In this document: positions 1 to 9,766 of the stretch, piece by piece | Position numbering within the stretch: the first letter of the stretch is position 1 | Layout of the letters: every line of letters starts with the position of its first letter | Source of the DNA: Actinomycetota bacterium | Lineage (GTDB): Bacteria; Actinomycetota; Actinomycetes; S36-B12 | Direction of reading: 5' to 3' | Length of the DNA stretch: 64,000 bases | Assembly: GCA_017856385.1 (NCBI GenBank) | Contig: JAFMFD010000008.1 | Span: forward strand, 506-64,505 | Translations under genes and position numbers: made by a program | Notes under the pieces: model-generated | Told to the model about the DNA's origin: nothing | Seen by the model: only the letters and a program-made list of their open reading frames with translations | Database searches by the model: none

Positions 1-2512
1 CCTCGTCGAGGAGTGGCGTGCCGAGAAGGCAGCCCGCGGGGTGCTGGACTTCGCCGACCAGATCCGCCTCGCGGGCACCATCGCCGAGCGGTTCCCCGAG
101 GTCGTCGCCGACCTGCGCGAGCGCTTCCGGGTCGTCCTGCTCGACGAGTACCAGGACACCTCGATCGCCCAGCGGCAGCTGCTCCAGCGGATCTTCGGCG
201 ACGGCCATCCGGTCACCGCGGTGGGCGATCCGTGCCAGGCGATCTACGGCTGGCGGGGTGCCACGGTCGACAACATCGAGAGCTTCCCCCAGCACTTCGC
301 CGCGGGCAGCGGACCGGCCGATCGGCACGCGCTGTCGCAGAACCGCCGGTCCGGTCCGGTGATCCTCGACGTCGCCAACCGCACCTCCGAGCGGCTGAGG
401 GAGCTGCATGCCGGGGTGCGTCCTCTGGCCGCCGGCGAGAACGGCAAGGGCCCGGGGGTCGTCGCGTGCGCGCTCCTGGAGACCCACGCGCAGGAGGTCG
501 ACTGGGTCGTCTCGCAGATCGCGGCCACGCACGACTCCGGTCGCGTGCCCTGGCGCGACATCGCGGTGCTCGCCGCGACATCACACGACCTGGTGACCGT
601 CGACGCGGCCCTGCGCCGCCGGGGCATCCCCAGTCGGCTGATGGGCGCTGCGGCACTGCTCGCCCAGCCCGCGGTCGCCGACCTGCGGGCCATGCTGGAG
701 GTGATCCACGACCCGTGCGCCAATCCCTCCTTCGTGCGTCTGGCGGCAGGCCCGCGCTGGCGCATCGGTGCACGTGACCTCGCGGCGCTGGGTGAGCGCG
801 CGCACCGGATCGCGGGGGGTCGTGGTCGCACGCAGCATCCCGACCTCGCCGCCGCCCTCGACGAGGCGGTTGCGGGGATGGACGTGGCGGAGGTCGTCTC
901 GCTCACCGAGGCGCTCGACGACCTCGGTGACCCGGCGCAGTACTCGGCGCAGGCCCGTGAGCGGTTCGCGCAGTTCGCCGTCGAGCTCGCCGCGCTGCGG
1001 GCCCATGGGGGTGACCCGCTGCCGGACCTCCTGCTGCGTGTCATGCGCACGAGCGGTCTGGAGATCGAGGCCGCGTTGCGCGCGGACTCCGACGCCGGCC
1101 AGCAGGCCGCTGCGCTTCACGCATTCGTCGATCTCGCATCAGGCTTCACCGACATCGACGGCCGCGTGGGCCTCGGTGCCTTCCTCGCCCGCCTGCGCGA
1201 TGCCGAGCGACTCGGCAGCGATGTCGACTGCGAGATGCCCGGTGCCGTCGATGCGGTGTCGCTGCTGACCATCCACAAGGCGAAGGGCCTGGAGTTCCCC
1301 TACGTGTTCGTGCCCTTTGTCAGCGAGGGCTCCTTCCCGGGTGGTCGCGGGCGCCCGGTCTGGACCACCAGCGCGGCCACCGTGCCGTGGCCGCTGCGCC
1401 CCGATGCCACGCCGGCACTCGCCGCATTCCCGCCGGCCGGTGCGGCGCCGCGTCGCAAGGACCACGACGCCTACGTCGATCTGCTCCGGGGGATCGCGCA
1501 GGTCGACGACGACCGGCTCGCCTACGTCGCCTTCACCCGAGCGGAGCGTGGACTCGCCGTCTCGGGCCACTGGTGGGGGCCGACCCAGAAGACCCGGCGC
1601 GGCCCGTCCCGGTTCCTCACCGCGGTGCACGAGGCCTGCCTCGACGGCCTCGGCACGGTCGCGCACTGGGCCGAGCAGCCGGCGGACGACGCGACGAATC
1701 CGCAGCGCTCGGACTCCGGGTCGCATGCGTGGCCGACAGCGCTCGACGAGGCCGGACGCACGCTGCTGCTGGCCGCCGCCGACGCGGTGCGCACGGCACC
1801 CGCCCTGGAGGTCGCGCTGCCCGGGCTCGCCCTCGGCGACGCGCAGGCCGACCGGATCGCCGAGTGGGATGAGCAGGCGGCCGCGCTGCTGGCCGAGGCC
1901 CGCGCCCGCAGTGCTGACGACCATGTCGTCCGCCTGCCCTCGTCGATCTCGGTGAGCAGGCTGATGCAGGTGCTCGCCGAACCGCAGCAGGCGGCGCGCG
2001 ACCTCGCCCGGCCGATGCCGCGCCCGCCCAGCCGTGCCGCGCAGCGCGGCACCCGCTTCCATGCGTGGGTGGAGAGCCGCTACGGGCAGCAGTCACTGCT
2101 CGATCCCGACGACCTGCCGGGGGCGGCCGATGCGCACATCACCACCGACGACCAGCTGGCCGAGCTGAAGGCCGCGTTCGAGAGCAGTGCGTACGCACGT
2201 CGCACACCGGTTGGCGTCGAGGTGCCGTTTGCCCTGCTGCTCGGCGGCCGACTGGTCAACGGCCGCATCGATGCGGTGTTCTCGATCGACGAGCCCGGTG
2301 GCGCCACGACCTACGAGGTCGTCGACTGGAAGACGGGTGCGGCCGCCGGTGTCGATCCGATGCAGCTGGCCCTCTACCGGCTGGCCTGGGCGCAGATCGC
2401 CGGGGTCGATGTTGCCAAGGTCTCGGCGGCGTTCCTCATCGTCGCCACGGGTGAGGTGCTGCACCCCGATACCGATGCGCCGCTCGAGAAGCTCGTGCAG
2501 GTGCTCCGCTAG
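1..2512 (+). CDS. adnB: UvrD/Rep-family helicase-nuclease, C-terminal part (5' end outside window), AdnB-like
   Basis: Frame is open from nt 2. Helicase motif VLLDEYQDTS, UvrD_C motifs (TIHKAKGLEF, AFTRAE) and a C-terminal RecB-type nuclease module (GTRFHAWVE, IDAVF, EVVDWKTG, QLALY). Position next to nudC/mycoredoxin/uvrD2 matches M. tuberculosis adnB; the symbol rests on synteny only. Confidence 0.8.
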   Translation, partial: LVEEWRAEKAARGVLDFADQIRLAGTIAERFPEVVADLRERFRVVLLDEYQDTSIAQRQLLQRIFGDGHPVTAVGDPCQAIYGWRGATVDNIESFPQHFAAGSGPADRHALSQNRRSGPVILDVANRTSERLRELHAGVRPLAAGENGKGPGVVACALLETHAQEVDWVVSQIAATHDSGRVPWRDIAVLAATSHDLVTVDAALRRRGIPSRLMGAAALLAQPAVADLRAMLEVIHDPCANPSFVRLAAGPRWRIGARDLAALGERAHRIAGGRGRTQHPDLAAALDEAVAGMDVAEVVSLTEALDDLGDPAQYSAQARERFAQFAVELAALRAHGGDPLPDLLLRVMRTSGLEIEAALRADSDAGQQAAALHAFVDLASGFTDIDGRVGLGAFLARLRDAERLGSDVDCEMPGAVDAVSLLTIHKAKGLEFPYVFVPFVSEGSFPGGRGRPVWTTSAATVPWPLRPDATPALAAFPPAGAAPRRKDHDAYVDLLRGIAQVDDDRLAYVAFTRAERGLAVSGHWWGPTQKTRRGPSRFLTAVHEACLDGLGTVAHWAEQPADDATNPQRSDSGSHAWPTALDEAGRTLLLAAADAVRTAPALEVALPGLALGDAQADRIAEWDEQAAALLAEARARSADDHVVRLPSSISVSRLMQVLAEPQQAARDLARPMPRPPSRAAQRGTRFHAWVESRYGQQSLLDPDDLPGAADAHITTDDQLAELKAAFESSAYARRTPVGVEVPFALLLGGRLVNGRIDAVFSIDEPGGATTYEVVDWKTGAAAGVDPMQLALYRLAWAQIAGVDVAKVSAAFLIVATGEVLHPDTDAPLEKLVQVLR

Positions 2513-3921
2513 CGCGCCGCAGGTCCGGCATCCGCCGCGCCCGGATCGGGCGGTGGGAAGGGGTCGGTCGACGCCGTGGCGACCTCGATGGGCGCGCTGG
2601 AGTCGCCGGCGTCCTCGGCGATGGCGATGTCCTCGCCGGCCTCCTCCGTCGGTCGGCGACGCACACCCACCAGCCCGCGCATCCACTCGCGCGCCGGCTC
2701 CTCGACGAAGCGCCACATCAGCCACGCGATCACGAGTGCGCCGACGATGAGGCCCACGACCGCCACGGCATACAGCGCGCCGCCCTCGATGCCCACGGCC
2801 CGCAGGCCGGCACGCCACAGCCCGAACCACACCAGGTGGGTCATGTACAGCGAGTACGAGATGAAGCCGCCGAGCACCAGGGCGCGCGTGGACAGGAAGC
2901 GCGAAATGCCGCGGCGTGACAGGGCCAGCGCGCCGATCCACGCGACGAGCAGCGGGACGAGCAGCAGGTGGTAGTACGGCGGGAGCGGCTCGACATCGCC
3001 GTCGAGGACCATGTCGCCCGCCTGCGCCGGTCCCCACTGGCCGAGGAAGATCGCCCCGGCCACGACGAGCAGCGGCAGCACCACGGCGAGCACGTTCGCG
3101 GTGCGCTCGACGCGTGGGCCCGGAGGCTCGTCCATCGCATCGCCGGGCAGCAGTCGCACGATGATCAGGTAGGTGATCGCACCGGCGGTGAACTCGGTCA
3201 GGATGCGGTACGTCGATCCCCAGTTGTCCGTGTAGTAGGGGTCGGACGTCGACAGGCCGTAGATGACGAGCGGGGTCAGGCTCGCCACCCATGCGAGCGC
3301 CAGCACGATCGTCGGCACCCGGCGATGCAGCACCCACAGCAGCAGCACCAGCAGCGGGAAAAGCAGGTACGCGAGCCACTCCATCGACAGTGACCAGGCG
3401 ACGAAGTTCCAGCCGCGCTGCGGCTCCGGCCCCCACTCCTGGATGAGCAGCAGGTTCTTGACGAAGTCGACGGGGTTCCACCATGCGCGATCGACGGACT
3501 CGCCCTCGATCCGCGCCTGCGCGTACACCGCCAGGCCCGCGATCACCAGCATGACCAGGTGCACGGGATAGATGCGTGCCAGGCGCAGCCACCAGAAGTC
3601 GACGGTCCCTCGCGTGCGGAGCGCAGGGCCCATGCGGCGCAGGTAGGTGTGCGTGAGGATGAACCCCGACAGGGCGAAGAACAGGTCGACACCGAGCCGG
3701 CCGACGCGGAGCACGTCGGCGAAGCCCGCGAACAGCAGGCCGAGCTGGTTCAGGGGGCCCTGCAGGTGGTACAGCAGCACCCAGGCGGCCGCGACGAAGC
3801 GGATGCCGGTGAGTTGCCGGATGAAGACGTTCACGCGGGTCCTGGGGGTCTGGGCTGCAGGTCCGGCCATCGTGGCACGCGCGAGGGGCGGGGTCTGGTT
3901 AGGCTCGCTGACCGTGGCCAT
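2509..3921 (-). CDS. acyltransferase family 3 integral membrane protein (OafA/YrhL-like)
   Basis: ORF 2509..4038(-). Multi-TM protein with acyltransferase_3-type N-terminus (LTGIRFVAAAWVLLYHL, DLFFALSGFILTHTY). Start placed at ATG 3921 (GAGGG 8 nt upstream); ATG 3870 is an alternative. Confidence 0.8.
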   Translation of the reverse strand: MATVSEPNQTPPLARATMAGPAAQTPRTRVNVFIRQLTGIRFVAAAWVLLYHLQGPLNQLGLLFAGFADVLRVGRLGVDLFFALSGFILTHTYLRRMGPALRTRGTVDFWWLRLARIYPVHLVMLVIAGLAVYAQARIEGESVDRAWWNPVDFVKNLLLIQEWGPEPQRGWNFVAWSLSMEWLAYLLFPLLVLLLWVLHRRVPTIVLALAWVASLTPLVIYGLSTSDPYYTDNWGSTYRILTEFTAGAITYLIIVRLLPGDAMDEPPGPRVERTANVLAVVLPLLVVAGAIFLGQWGPAQAGDMVLDGDVEPLPPYYHLLLVPLLVAWIGALALSRRGISRFLSTRALVLGGFISYSLYMTHLVWFGLWRAGLRAVGIEGGALYAVAVVGLIVGALVIAWLMWRFVEEPAREWMRGLVGVRRRPTEEAGEDIAIAEDAGDSSAPIEVATASTDPFPPPDPGAADAGPAAR

Positions 3922-4858
3922 GCTCGACACCCTCATGCTCGCTCGATCGGGCGTCGACCGGGTCGCCGAGCGCAGGTCGGACGCGGAGTGGATCTCGGCA
4001 CGACTGGCCGACCCGGCCTCGCGTCTGATGTCGGTCAACGACGGTGCTGCCCCGGTGGTGCGCGATGCGCAGCAGGTAGCGCTGGCGCTGCGGTCGGTCG
4101 CGGACTCCGAAGTGACCGCCGAGGACGTCGCGTTCCTCGGCGTCGATGACGACGACGTCGCCTACTTCGTCGAGCATGTAGCCGACCGCGAGGGCCACGG
4201 GCCGGCCGAGTGGGGGAGCCTGCGCGATGTCGGGTCAGGCCTTGACGATCGCGACGCCGGACTGCTCGTCACCGCGGTGGCACTCGACAACTGGCGTCGC
4301 GGCCACGGCCGCTGCCCCCGGTGCGGTGCGCTGACGCTCGCGCGGCAGGCCGGCTGGTCGCGCACCTGCCCGTCCTGCGAGGCCCTGCACTTCCCGCGCA
4401 CTGATCCAGCGGTCATCGTCCTGGTGCGCGATGACGATGATCGAGCGCTGCTCGGCCGCCAGGGCCGCTGGCAGGAGGGCTGGTTCTCCACCCTCGCCGG
4501 CTTCGTCGACCCGGGAGAGTCGGCGGAGGCTGCCGTCCGTCGCGAGGTGCACGAGGAGTCCGGTGTCGTCATCGGGTCGCATCCGGACGACGTCGAGTAC
4601 CTCGGCAGCCAGCCCTGGCCTTTCCCGGCCTCGCTCATGCTCGGCTACCACGCACGCGCGGCGAGCACCGACATCGTCGTCGACGGCGAGGAGATCGCGC
4701 AGGCTCGCTGGTTCTCGCGCGCTGAGCTCATCGCGGAGTGCGAGGCGGGTGCGGTGCGCCTGCCACCCGACATCTCGATCGCCCGACGCCTCATCGAGCG
4801 CTGGTACGGCGGCGAACTGCCCGGCGACTGGTCGCGCCCGCTCGGCGTGGCACGCTGA
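3920..4858 (+). CDS. nudC: NADH pyrophosphatase NudC (Nudix hydrolase with zinc ribbon)
   Basis: CPRC...CPSC zinc ribbon, Nudix box GFVDPGESAEAAVRREVHEESGV and the NudC-specific SQPWPFPASLMLGY. Internal ATG 3920 of ORF 3647..4858 chosen; the upstream part is antisense to the acyltransferase gene. Confidence 0.9.
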   Translation: MLDTLMLARSGVDRVAERRSDAEWISARLADPASRLMSVNDGAAPVVRDAQQVALALRSVADSEVTAEDVAFLGVDDDDVAYFVEHVADREGHGPAEWGSLRDVGSGLDDRDAGLLVTAVALDNWRRGHGRCPRCGALTLARQAGWSRTCPSCEALHFPRTDPAVIVLVRDDDDRALLGRQGRWQEGWFSTLAGFVDPGESAEAAVRREVHEESGVVIGSHPDDVEYLGSQPWPFPASLMLGYHARAASTDIVVDGEEIAQARWFSRAELIAECEAGAVRLPPDISIARRLIERWYGGELPGDWSRPLGVAR

Positions 4859-4882
4859 CGGGGACGGGGGCTCAGGCCCTTC

Positions 4883-5134
4883 TCAGCCGAGGCCGAGCTT
4901 CTCCTTGACCTGCTTGATCGACGGGTTCGTCGCGAAGGACCCGTCGGGGAACTGCAGCGTCGGAACGGTCTGGTTTCCGTGGTTGACGTCCTCGACGATG
5001 GCCGCCGCGGCGTCGTCCTGCTCGATGTCGACCTCCACGAACTCGATGCCCTCGCGGCCCATCTGGGCCTTCAGGCGCTGGCAGTAGCCGCACCACACCG
5101 TGGAGTACATCGTCAGGGGCAGCAGGTCGGTCAT
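4883..5134 (-). CDS. mycoredoxin / glutaredoxin-like protein
   Basis: 83 aa, CGYC active site (TVWCGYCQRLK), TVPT cis-Pro motif. Same position as mycoredoxin between nudC and uvrD2 in mycobacteria. Confidence 0.85.
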   Translation of the reverse strand: MTDLLPLTMYSTVWCGYCQRLKAQMGREGIEFVEVDIEQDDAAAAIVEDVNHGNQTVPTLQFPDGSFATNPSIKQVKEKLGLG

Positions 5135-5244
5135 GGTTCGGGAGGGTAGTCGACTCTCTCCTCCCGCACGCTCCGCACCCTGCCCACTCGGGTGCTCCGC
5201 ACGCTCCGCACCCTGGCGTCAGCCGTCCATGGCAGGCTCGGCGC

Positions 5245-7326
5245 GTGAGCCTGGACATCCTCGGCGGACTCGACGACGAGCAGCGTGCCGTCGCCGAGGC
5301 CGTCGACGGCCCTGTGGTCGTCCTCGCGGGTGCCGGCACGGGCAAGACGCGCGCCATCACCCACCGCATCGCCCACGCGGTGGGCACGGGGCAGCACGAG
5401 GCCCGACGCACCCTGGCGGTGACATTCACGACGCGGGCTGCGGGGGAGATGCGCACGCGACTGCGCACGCTGGGGGTCGATGGCGTCCAGGTGCGCACCT
5501 TCCACTCGGCCGCGCTTCGCCAGCTGCGCTACTTCTGGCCGCGGCTGAGCGGCGGAGAGTTCCCCGAGCTGCTGCCGGCGAAGGCACGGCTGGTCGCGGA
5601 GGCGGCCGCCCGCTGCGACCTGCCGACCGACACCGCGATGGTGCGCGACCTCGCCGGCGACCTCGAATGGGCCAAGGTGAACTTCCTGTCGGGCGAGGCA
5701 CTGGCCCAGCGCGCGGCGGCCGACCACCGCGCGCTTGCCGTCGACGCCGAGGTGCTTGGGCAGGTGCAGCGCGCGTACGAGGAGGCCAAGTCCCGTCGCG
5801 GGCTGCTCGACTTCGAGGACGTCCTGCTCGTCACGGCGGGTGCCCTCGAGCAGCGCCCCGACATCGCCGACGAGGTGCGCTCCACCTACCGCTGGTTCAC
5901 CGTCGACGAGTACCAGGACGTCAACCCGCTCCAGCACCGGCTGCTCGACCTGTGGCTCGGCGATCGCGACGACGTATGCGTCGTCGGCGACGCGAACCAG
6001 ACCATCTACACCTTCACCGGCGCCACCCCGGACTACCTGATCGGGTTCCGGCGCCGCTACCCGCAGGCGACCGAGGTCCGGCTGGTGCGCTGCTACCGCT
6101 GCACACCGCAGATCGTCGAGCTGGCGAATGCCGTCATCGCGCCGGCCACCGGCACCTCGCTCGTGCTGCGGTCGCAGCGCTCCCCGGGCAGTCCGCCCAC
6201 GGTCGAGGAGTGCGACGACGACGCTGACGAGGCGCAGTCGGTGGCTCGCCGCGTGCGCACTCATCTCGACGCAGGTGTGGCGGCGCGCGACATCGCGGTC
6301 CTCTTCCGGATCAACGCACAGTCGGAGGTGCTCGAGGAGGCGTTCGCCGAGGCCGGGATCCCCGTGGTCCTGCGCGGCACCGAGCGGTTCTTCGACCGAC
6401 CGGAGGTGCGCGAGGTGATCACGCGGCTGCGCGGCGCTGCGCGGGCCGGCGATGTCGGCGGCACGGTCGGGGAGGAGGTCCGTGCCGTGCTGGCGTCGGC
6501 CGGCTGGACGGCGGAGGCTCCGCGGTCGGCCGGGGCTGTGCGCGAGCGCTGGGAGTCGCTCTCGGCACTCGTCAGCCTCGCTGACGAGTGGTCCTCCCGC
6601 CCCGACGAGTCGGCGTCCTCCCTCTCGGGCTTCGTCGCCGAGCTCGACTCACGTGCCGAGGTCCAGCACGCCCCTGTCGCCGACGGCGTGACGCTCTCAT
6701 CGATCCATGCGGCGAAGGGCCTCGAATGGCGCGTCGTCCTGCTCGTCGGGTGCAGCGAGGGCCTGCTGCCGCTCCAGTACGCCGAGACCCCGGCACAGGT
6801 CGACGAGGAGCGACGGCTCGCCTACGTCGCCGTCACGCGCGCCGCCGAGCACCTGCATATCTCCTGGGCCCGTTCCCGCCAGGCCGGCGGCCGAGCGACC
6901 CGGGCTATCAGCTCGCTGCTGGCCGAGCCGCTGTCGTCGTCGGGGGTCACGCAGGGCCCGGTGCGCGGGTCCGTGTCCCCGGGATCGGGCGGACGCCGGC
7001 GGGAGCGCTCGCGCACCGGCCCGGCCCGCTGCCGGATCTGCCGCAAGGGCCTGGTCACCGCGCAGGAGCGCACGCTGGGCCGCTGCGACTCCTGCCCGGC
7101 CGACCTGAACGAGCCGCTCTTCGAGGCATTGCGCGCGTGGCGGCTGGAGACCTCGCGCGAGAAGTCCGTGCCGGCCTACGTCGTCTTCACCGACGCCACG
7201 CTGCGCGCCATCGCCGAGCAGCTGCCGGTCGACGAGCCGGGGCTGGAGCGCATCCCCGGCGTGGGGCCGATGAAGCTCGCCGCGTACGGGCCGATGGTTC
7301 TCGACCTCGTCCGCGCGCACGCATGA
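5245..7326 (+). CDS. uvrD2: ATP-dependent DNA helicase UvrD2
   Basis: Walker A AGAGTGKT, DEYQD, UvrD_C, tetra-Cys module CRIC...CDSC and a C-terminal HRDC-like domain (VVFTDATLRAIAEQLP). This architecture is diagnostic for actinobacterial UvrD2. Confidence 0.9.
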   Translation: MSLDILGGLDDEQRAVAEAVDGPVVVLAGAGTGKTRAITHRIAHAVGTGQHEARRTLAVTFTTRAAGEMRTRLRTLGVDGVQVRTFHSAALRQLRYFWPRLSGGEFPELLPAKARLVAEAAARCDLPTDTAMVRDLAGDLEWAKVNFLSGEALAQRAAADHRALAVDAEVLGQVQRAYEEAKSRRGLLDFEDVLLVTAGALEQRPDIADEVRSTYRWFTVDEYQDVNPLQHRLLDLWLGDRDDVCVVGDANQTIYTFTGATPDYLIGFRRRYPQATEVRLVRCYRCTPQIVELANAVIAPATGTSLVLRSQRSPGSPPTVEECDDDADEAQSVARRVRTHLDAGVAARDIAVLFRINAQSEVLEEAFAEAGIPVVLRGTERFFDRPEVREVITRLRGAARAGDVGGTVGEEVRAVLASAGWTAEAPRSAGAVRERWESLSALVSLADEWSSRPDESASSLSGFVAELDSRAEVQHAPVADGVTLSSIHAAKGLEWRVVLLVGCSEGLLPLQYAETPAQVDEERRLAYVAVTRAAEHLHISWARSRQAGGRATRAISSLLAEPLSSSGVTQGPVRGSVSPGSGGRRRERSRTGPARCRICRKGLVTAQERTLGRCDSCPADLNEPLFEALRAWRLETSREKSVPAYVVFTDATLRAIAEQLPVDEPGLERIPGVGPMKLAAYGPMVLDLVRAHA

Positions 7327-7330
7327 GCCG

Positions 7331-8644
7331 TCAGGGCTGCGTGAAGGAGGGCACCCACTCCTCGAGGTCGTGCCGCATCGGCACTGTGGCGTCAAGCTGG
7401 CAGAGCACCGCGATGCACCCGAGCCACACGCGGTGGATCAGCGCGTAGGACGGCGGAAGGTTCAGCTTCAGTCCCATGGTGAAGTCGGGGTTCTTGACGT
7501 CGTTGAGCCGGATGAACTGGCCGCGGATCCATGCGCGCGTGAAGTGGAAGGCATCGTGCCTGGCCGGCTCGACGAACGGGTCGAGGTAGTTCAGCACCTG
7601 CTGGGGATCGACCGTGACGCTCGGCAGGATGAAGCCCTCGTCGCGAAGTCCCTTCGCGACAGTGTCGGCGTCGCCGGCCATGGCGATGCGCAGCAGGCGT
7701 CCCATCGCGGGCGGGAGGCCCTCGGGCAGCTCCGCGACGGCACCGAAGTCCAGGACACAGAACCGTCCGTCGGGCGTGATGCGGAAGTTGCCCGGATGCG
7801 GGTCGGAGTGCAGGAGCCCGGCGCGCTCCGGTCCGGAGAGCAGGAAGCGCATGTAGAGGCGGCCGGCATGGTCGCGCTCCTCGACGGTGCCGTCGGCGAT
7901 GATCTCCGACAACGGCCGACCGTCGATCCACTCGGATACGAGCACATGCGGGGCTGCAGCCAGCACGTGCGGCACCACGATCTCGTCATCGCCCTCGTAG
8001 GCGGCGGCGAACGCGCGCTGGTTGCGCGACTCGCGCAGGTAGTCCAGTTCCTCGATGGCGCGGGCCCGCAGCTCCTCGAGCAGGGGCTTGATGTCCATGC
8101 CGGGGACCCACGAGGCGAAGAGCCGGCCCATGCGCGTCATCTGGTTCAGGTCCGAGATGAAGGCCTTGTCGGCACCGGGGTACTGGACCTTCACGGCCAC
8201 CACGCGGCCGTCGTGCCACACGGCCTTGTGGACCTGGCCGAGGGAGGCAGCGGCGGCGGGCCGGTCGTTGAACTCCGCGAAGCGGGAGCGCCAGTCCTCG
8301 CCCAGCTCCTCGGTGAGGATGGCGTGGATCGACGACGCGGGCAGCGGCGGTGCGGCCGCCTGAAGGCGGGTGAGCGCGGATCGATAGGGCGCAGCCACCT
8401 CCTCGGGCATCGCTGCCTCGAAGATGCTCATGGCCTGACCGACCTTCATGGCCCCGCCCTTGAGCTCGCCGAGCACGCTGAACATCTGCTCGGCGGTGCG
8501 GGCCTGGAGCTCGGCGGTCACCAGCTCAGCGGGCTTGCCGCCCAGTCGCTTCCCCAGGCCCCATGCTGCGCGGCCGGCATGCGCGGCGGGCAGTGCGGCG
8601 ATCTTCACGCTGCGGGTCAGGGCACTGCGGGGGATCTCCGGCAC
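7331..8644 (-). CDS. ABC1/UbiB-family atypical protein kinase
   Basis: Motifs GAMKVGQ, ASLGQVHKA, VAVKVQYPG, HSDPHPGNF, LDFG. Convergent with uvrD2 with a 4-nt gap. Confidence 0.85.
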   Translation of the reverse strand: MPEIPRSALTRSVKIAALPAAHAGRAAWGLGKRLGGKPAELVTAELQARTAEQMFSVLGELKGGAMKVGQAMSIFEAAMPEEVAAPYRSALTRLQAAAPPLPASSIHAILTEELGEDWRSRFAEFNDRPAAAASLGQVHKAVWHDGRVVAVKVQYPGADKAFISDLNQMTRMGRLFASWVPGMDIKPLLEELRARAIEELDYLRESRNQRAFAAAYEGDDEIVVPHVLAAAPHVLVSEWIDGRPLSEIIADGTVEERDHAGRLYMRFLLSGPERAGLLHSDPHPGNFRITPDGRFCVLDFGAVAELPEGLPPAMGRLLRIAMAGDADTVAKGLRDEGFILPSVTVDPQQVLNYLDPFVEPARHDAFHFTRAWIRGQFIRLNDVKNPDFTMGLKLNLPPSYALIHRVWLGCIAVLCQLDATVPMRHDLEEWVPSFTQP

Positions 8645-8686
8645 CTCAGCATTGTCTCCCGCGACCGCTCGGGTCGCACCCCAGCG

Positions 8687-9682
8687 TCAGCGCCCCTGCC
8701 ACAGGCAGCCGCACAGCGGGTGCGGGGGGCACTCGCGAAGGGTCGTCGTGCCGAGGGGCAGGTGGACATCGACCGCGAGGTTGGCCCATGCCTGGTGCGT
8801 GTCCGGCAGATCAACCCAGGCGCGCACGAGCAGGACGCAGCCGTCGGCGGCCAGGCGCGCCAGCAGGGGATCCACCGACTGGACGGGAGCCTCGCCCAGG
8901 GCCTGCGCCCACTGCACCGACAGCAGCGGCCAAGCCGGATCGGCGTCGCGCCGGTGCAGGTGCCGGCACCGAAGGCATGAGGTGGCGCCGGGTACGACCA
9001 GCGGACCGATCGTGGCGCGGTCGCCATGAATGCCGACGTGCAGGTGCGGGTGGGCCAGCTGCGGCAGTTCGAGCCCTGCGGGCACGTCCGGGTGGGGGGC
9101 GTCGGTGCGGACGACGAGGTCGGGTCGGTCCGCGACACACGCCAGGCCGCCGGCGGCGAGGGCCTGCTGCACCTCCACGGCCAGTGGCCCGGTGCCGTGC
9201 ACCCCGATCCGCGCGCTGTCGCGGCGGGCGACGACGTCGTGCGCGCGGTCGAGGAGTCGGTACGTGCTGAGGGCGGCCGAGAAGCGCCGGTGCTCGAGGT
9301 CCCGCACCTCGGGTGCGGCCCAACGCACGCTGACGGGCACGCGGGCCGCGTCCTCGAGGGCAGCGGCCGCGAGGAGTCCGCGCAGCAGGCGGCGCGCATC
9401 GGCCTCGGGGATCGTGAGCGACTCCTCGAGCACCGCGCGGCTGCTCAGGCCGTCGAGCGAGGTCATCCACGCCACGTGCGAGCGCGTGACGTCCGAGACG
9501 ATGACGTCGTCGCCGATCTGGATGCTCGTCGCCGTGCGCCACAGGATCGGCACCTCGGGGCGCAGACGCGGCCGCTGGCATCCGGCGAGCTCGACCAGGC
9601 CGTCGTCGCGATCGTGCGGCGCGGGCGCACCGCGTGCCTGTGCCACAGATGGCGTTGCCGCGGATCCGGATCGCGTGACCAT
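8687..9682 (-). CDS. E1/ThiF-like fold protein of unknown function
   Basis: Rossmann-like IGVHGTGPLAVEV, CxxC (SCLRCRHL) and a C-terminal Cys cluster (CPPHPLCGC). Very high GC3. Start uncertain (ATG 9682 chosen within ORF 8687..9730). Confidence 0.6.
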   Translation of the reverse strand: MVTRSGSAATPSVAQARGAPAPHDRDDGLVELAGCQRPRLRPEVPILWRTATSIQIGDDVIVSDVTRSHVAWMTSLDGLSSRAVLEESLTIPEADARRLLRGLLAAAALEDAARVPVSVRWAAPEVRDLEHRRFSAALSTYRLLDRAHDVVARRDSARIGVHGTGPLAVEVQQALAAGGLACVADRPDLVVRTDAPHPDVPAGLELPQLAHPHLHVGIHGDRATIGPLVVPGATSCLRCRHLHRRDADPAWPLLSVQWAQALGEAPVQSVDPLLARLAADGCVLLVRAWVDLPDTHQAWANLAVDVHLPLGTTTLRECPPHPLCGCLWQGR

Positions 9683-9766
9683 GCGCGGACTGTGCTGGTG
9701 CGCCCCTGTGGATCGACAGTGGCGATCCACAGGCCGGTTGCGGTAGAGGCCGAATGCGCTAGGCGG

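Noticed and set aside
7327-7330. Looked for whiB7 between uvrD2 and the ABC1 kinase gene, where it lies in M. tuberculosis
   Set aside because: The two genes are convergent with only 4 nt between their stops. No WhiB-like Cys-rich ORF occurs anywhere in the window.
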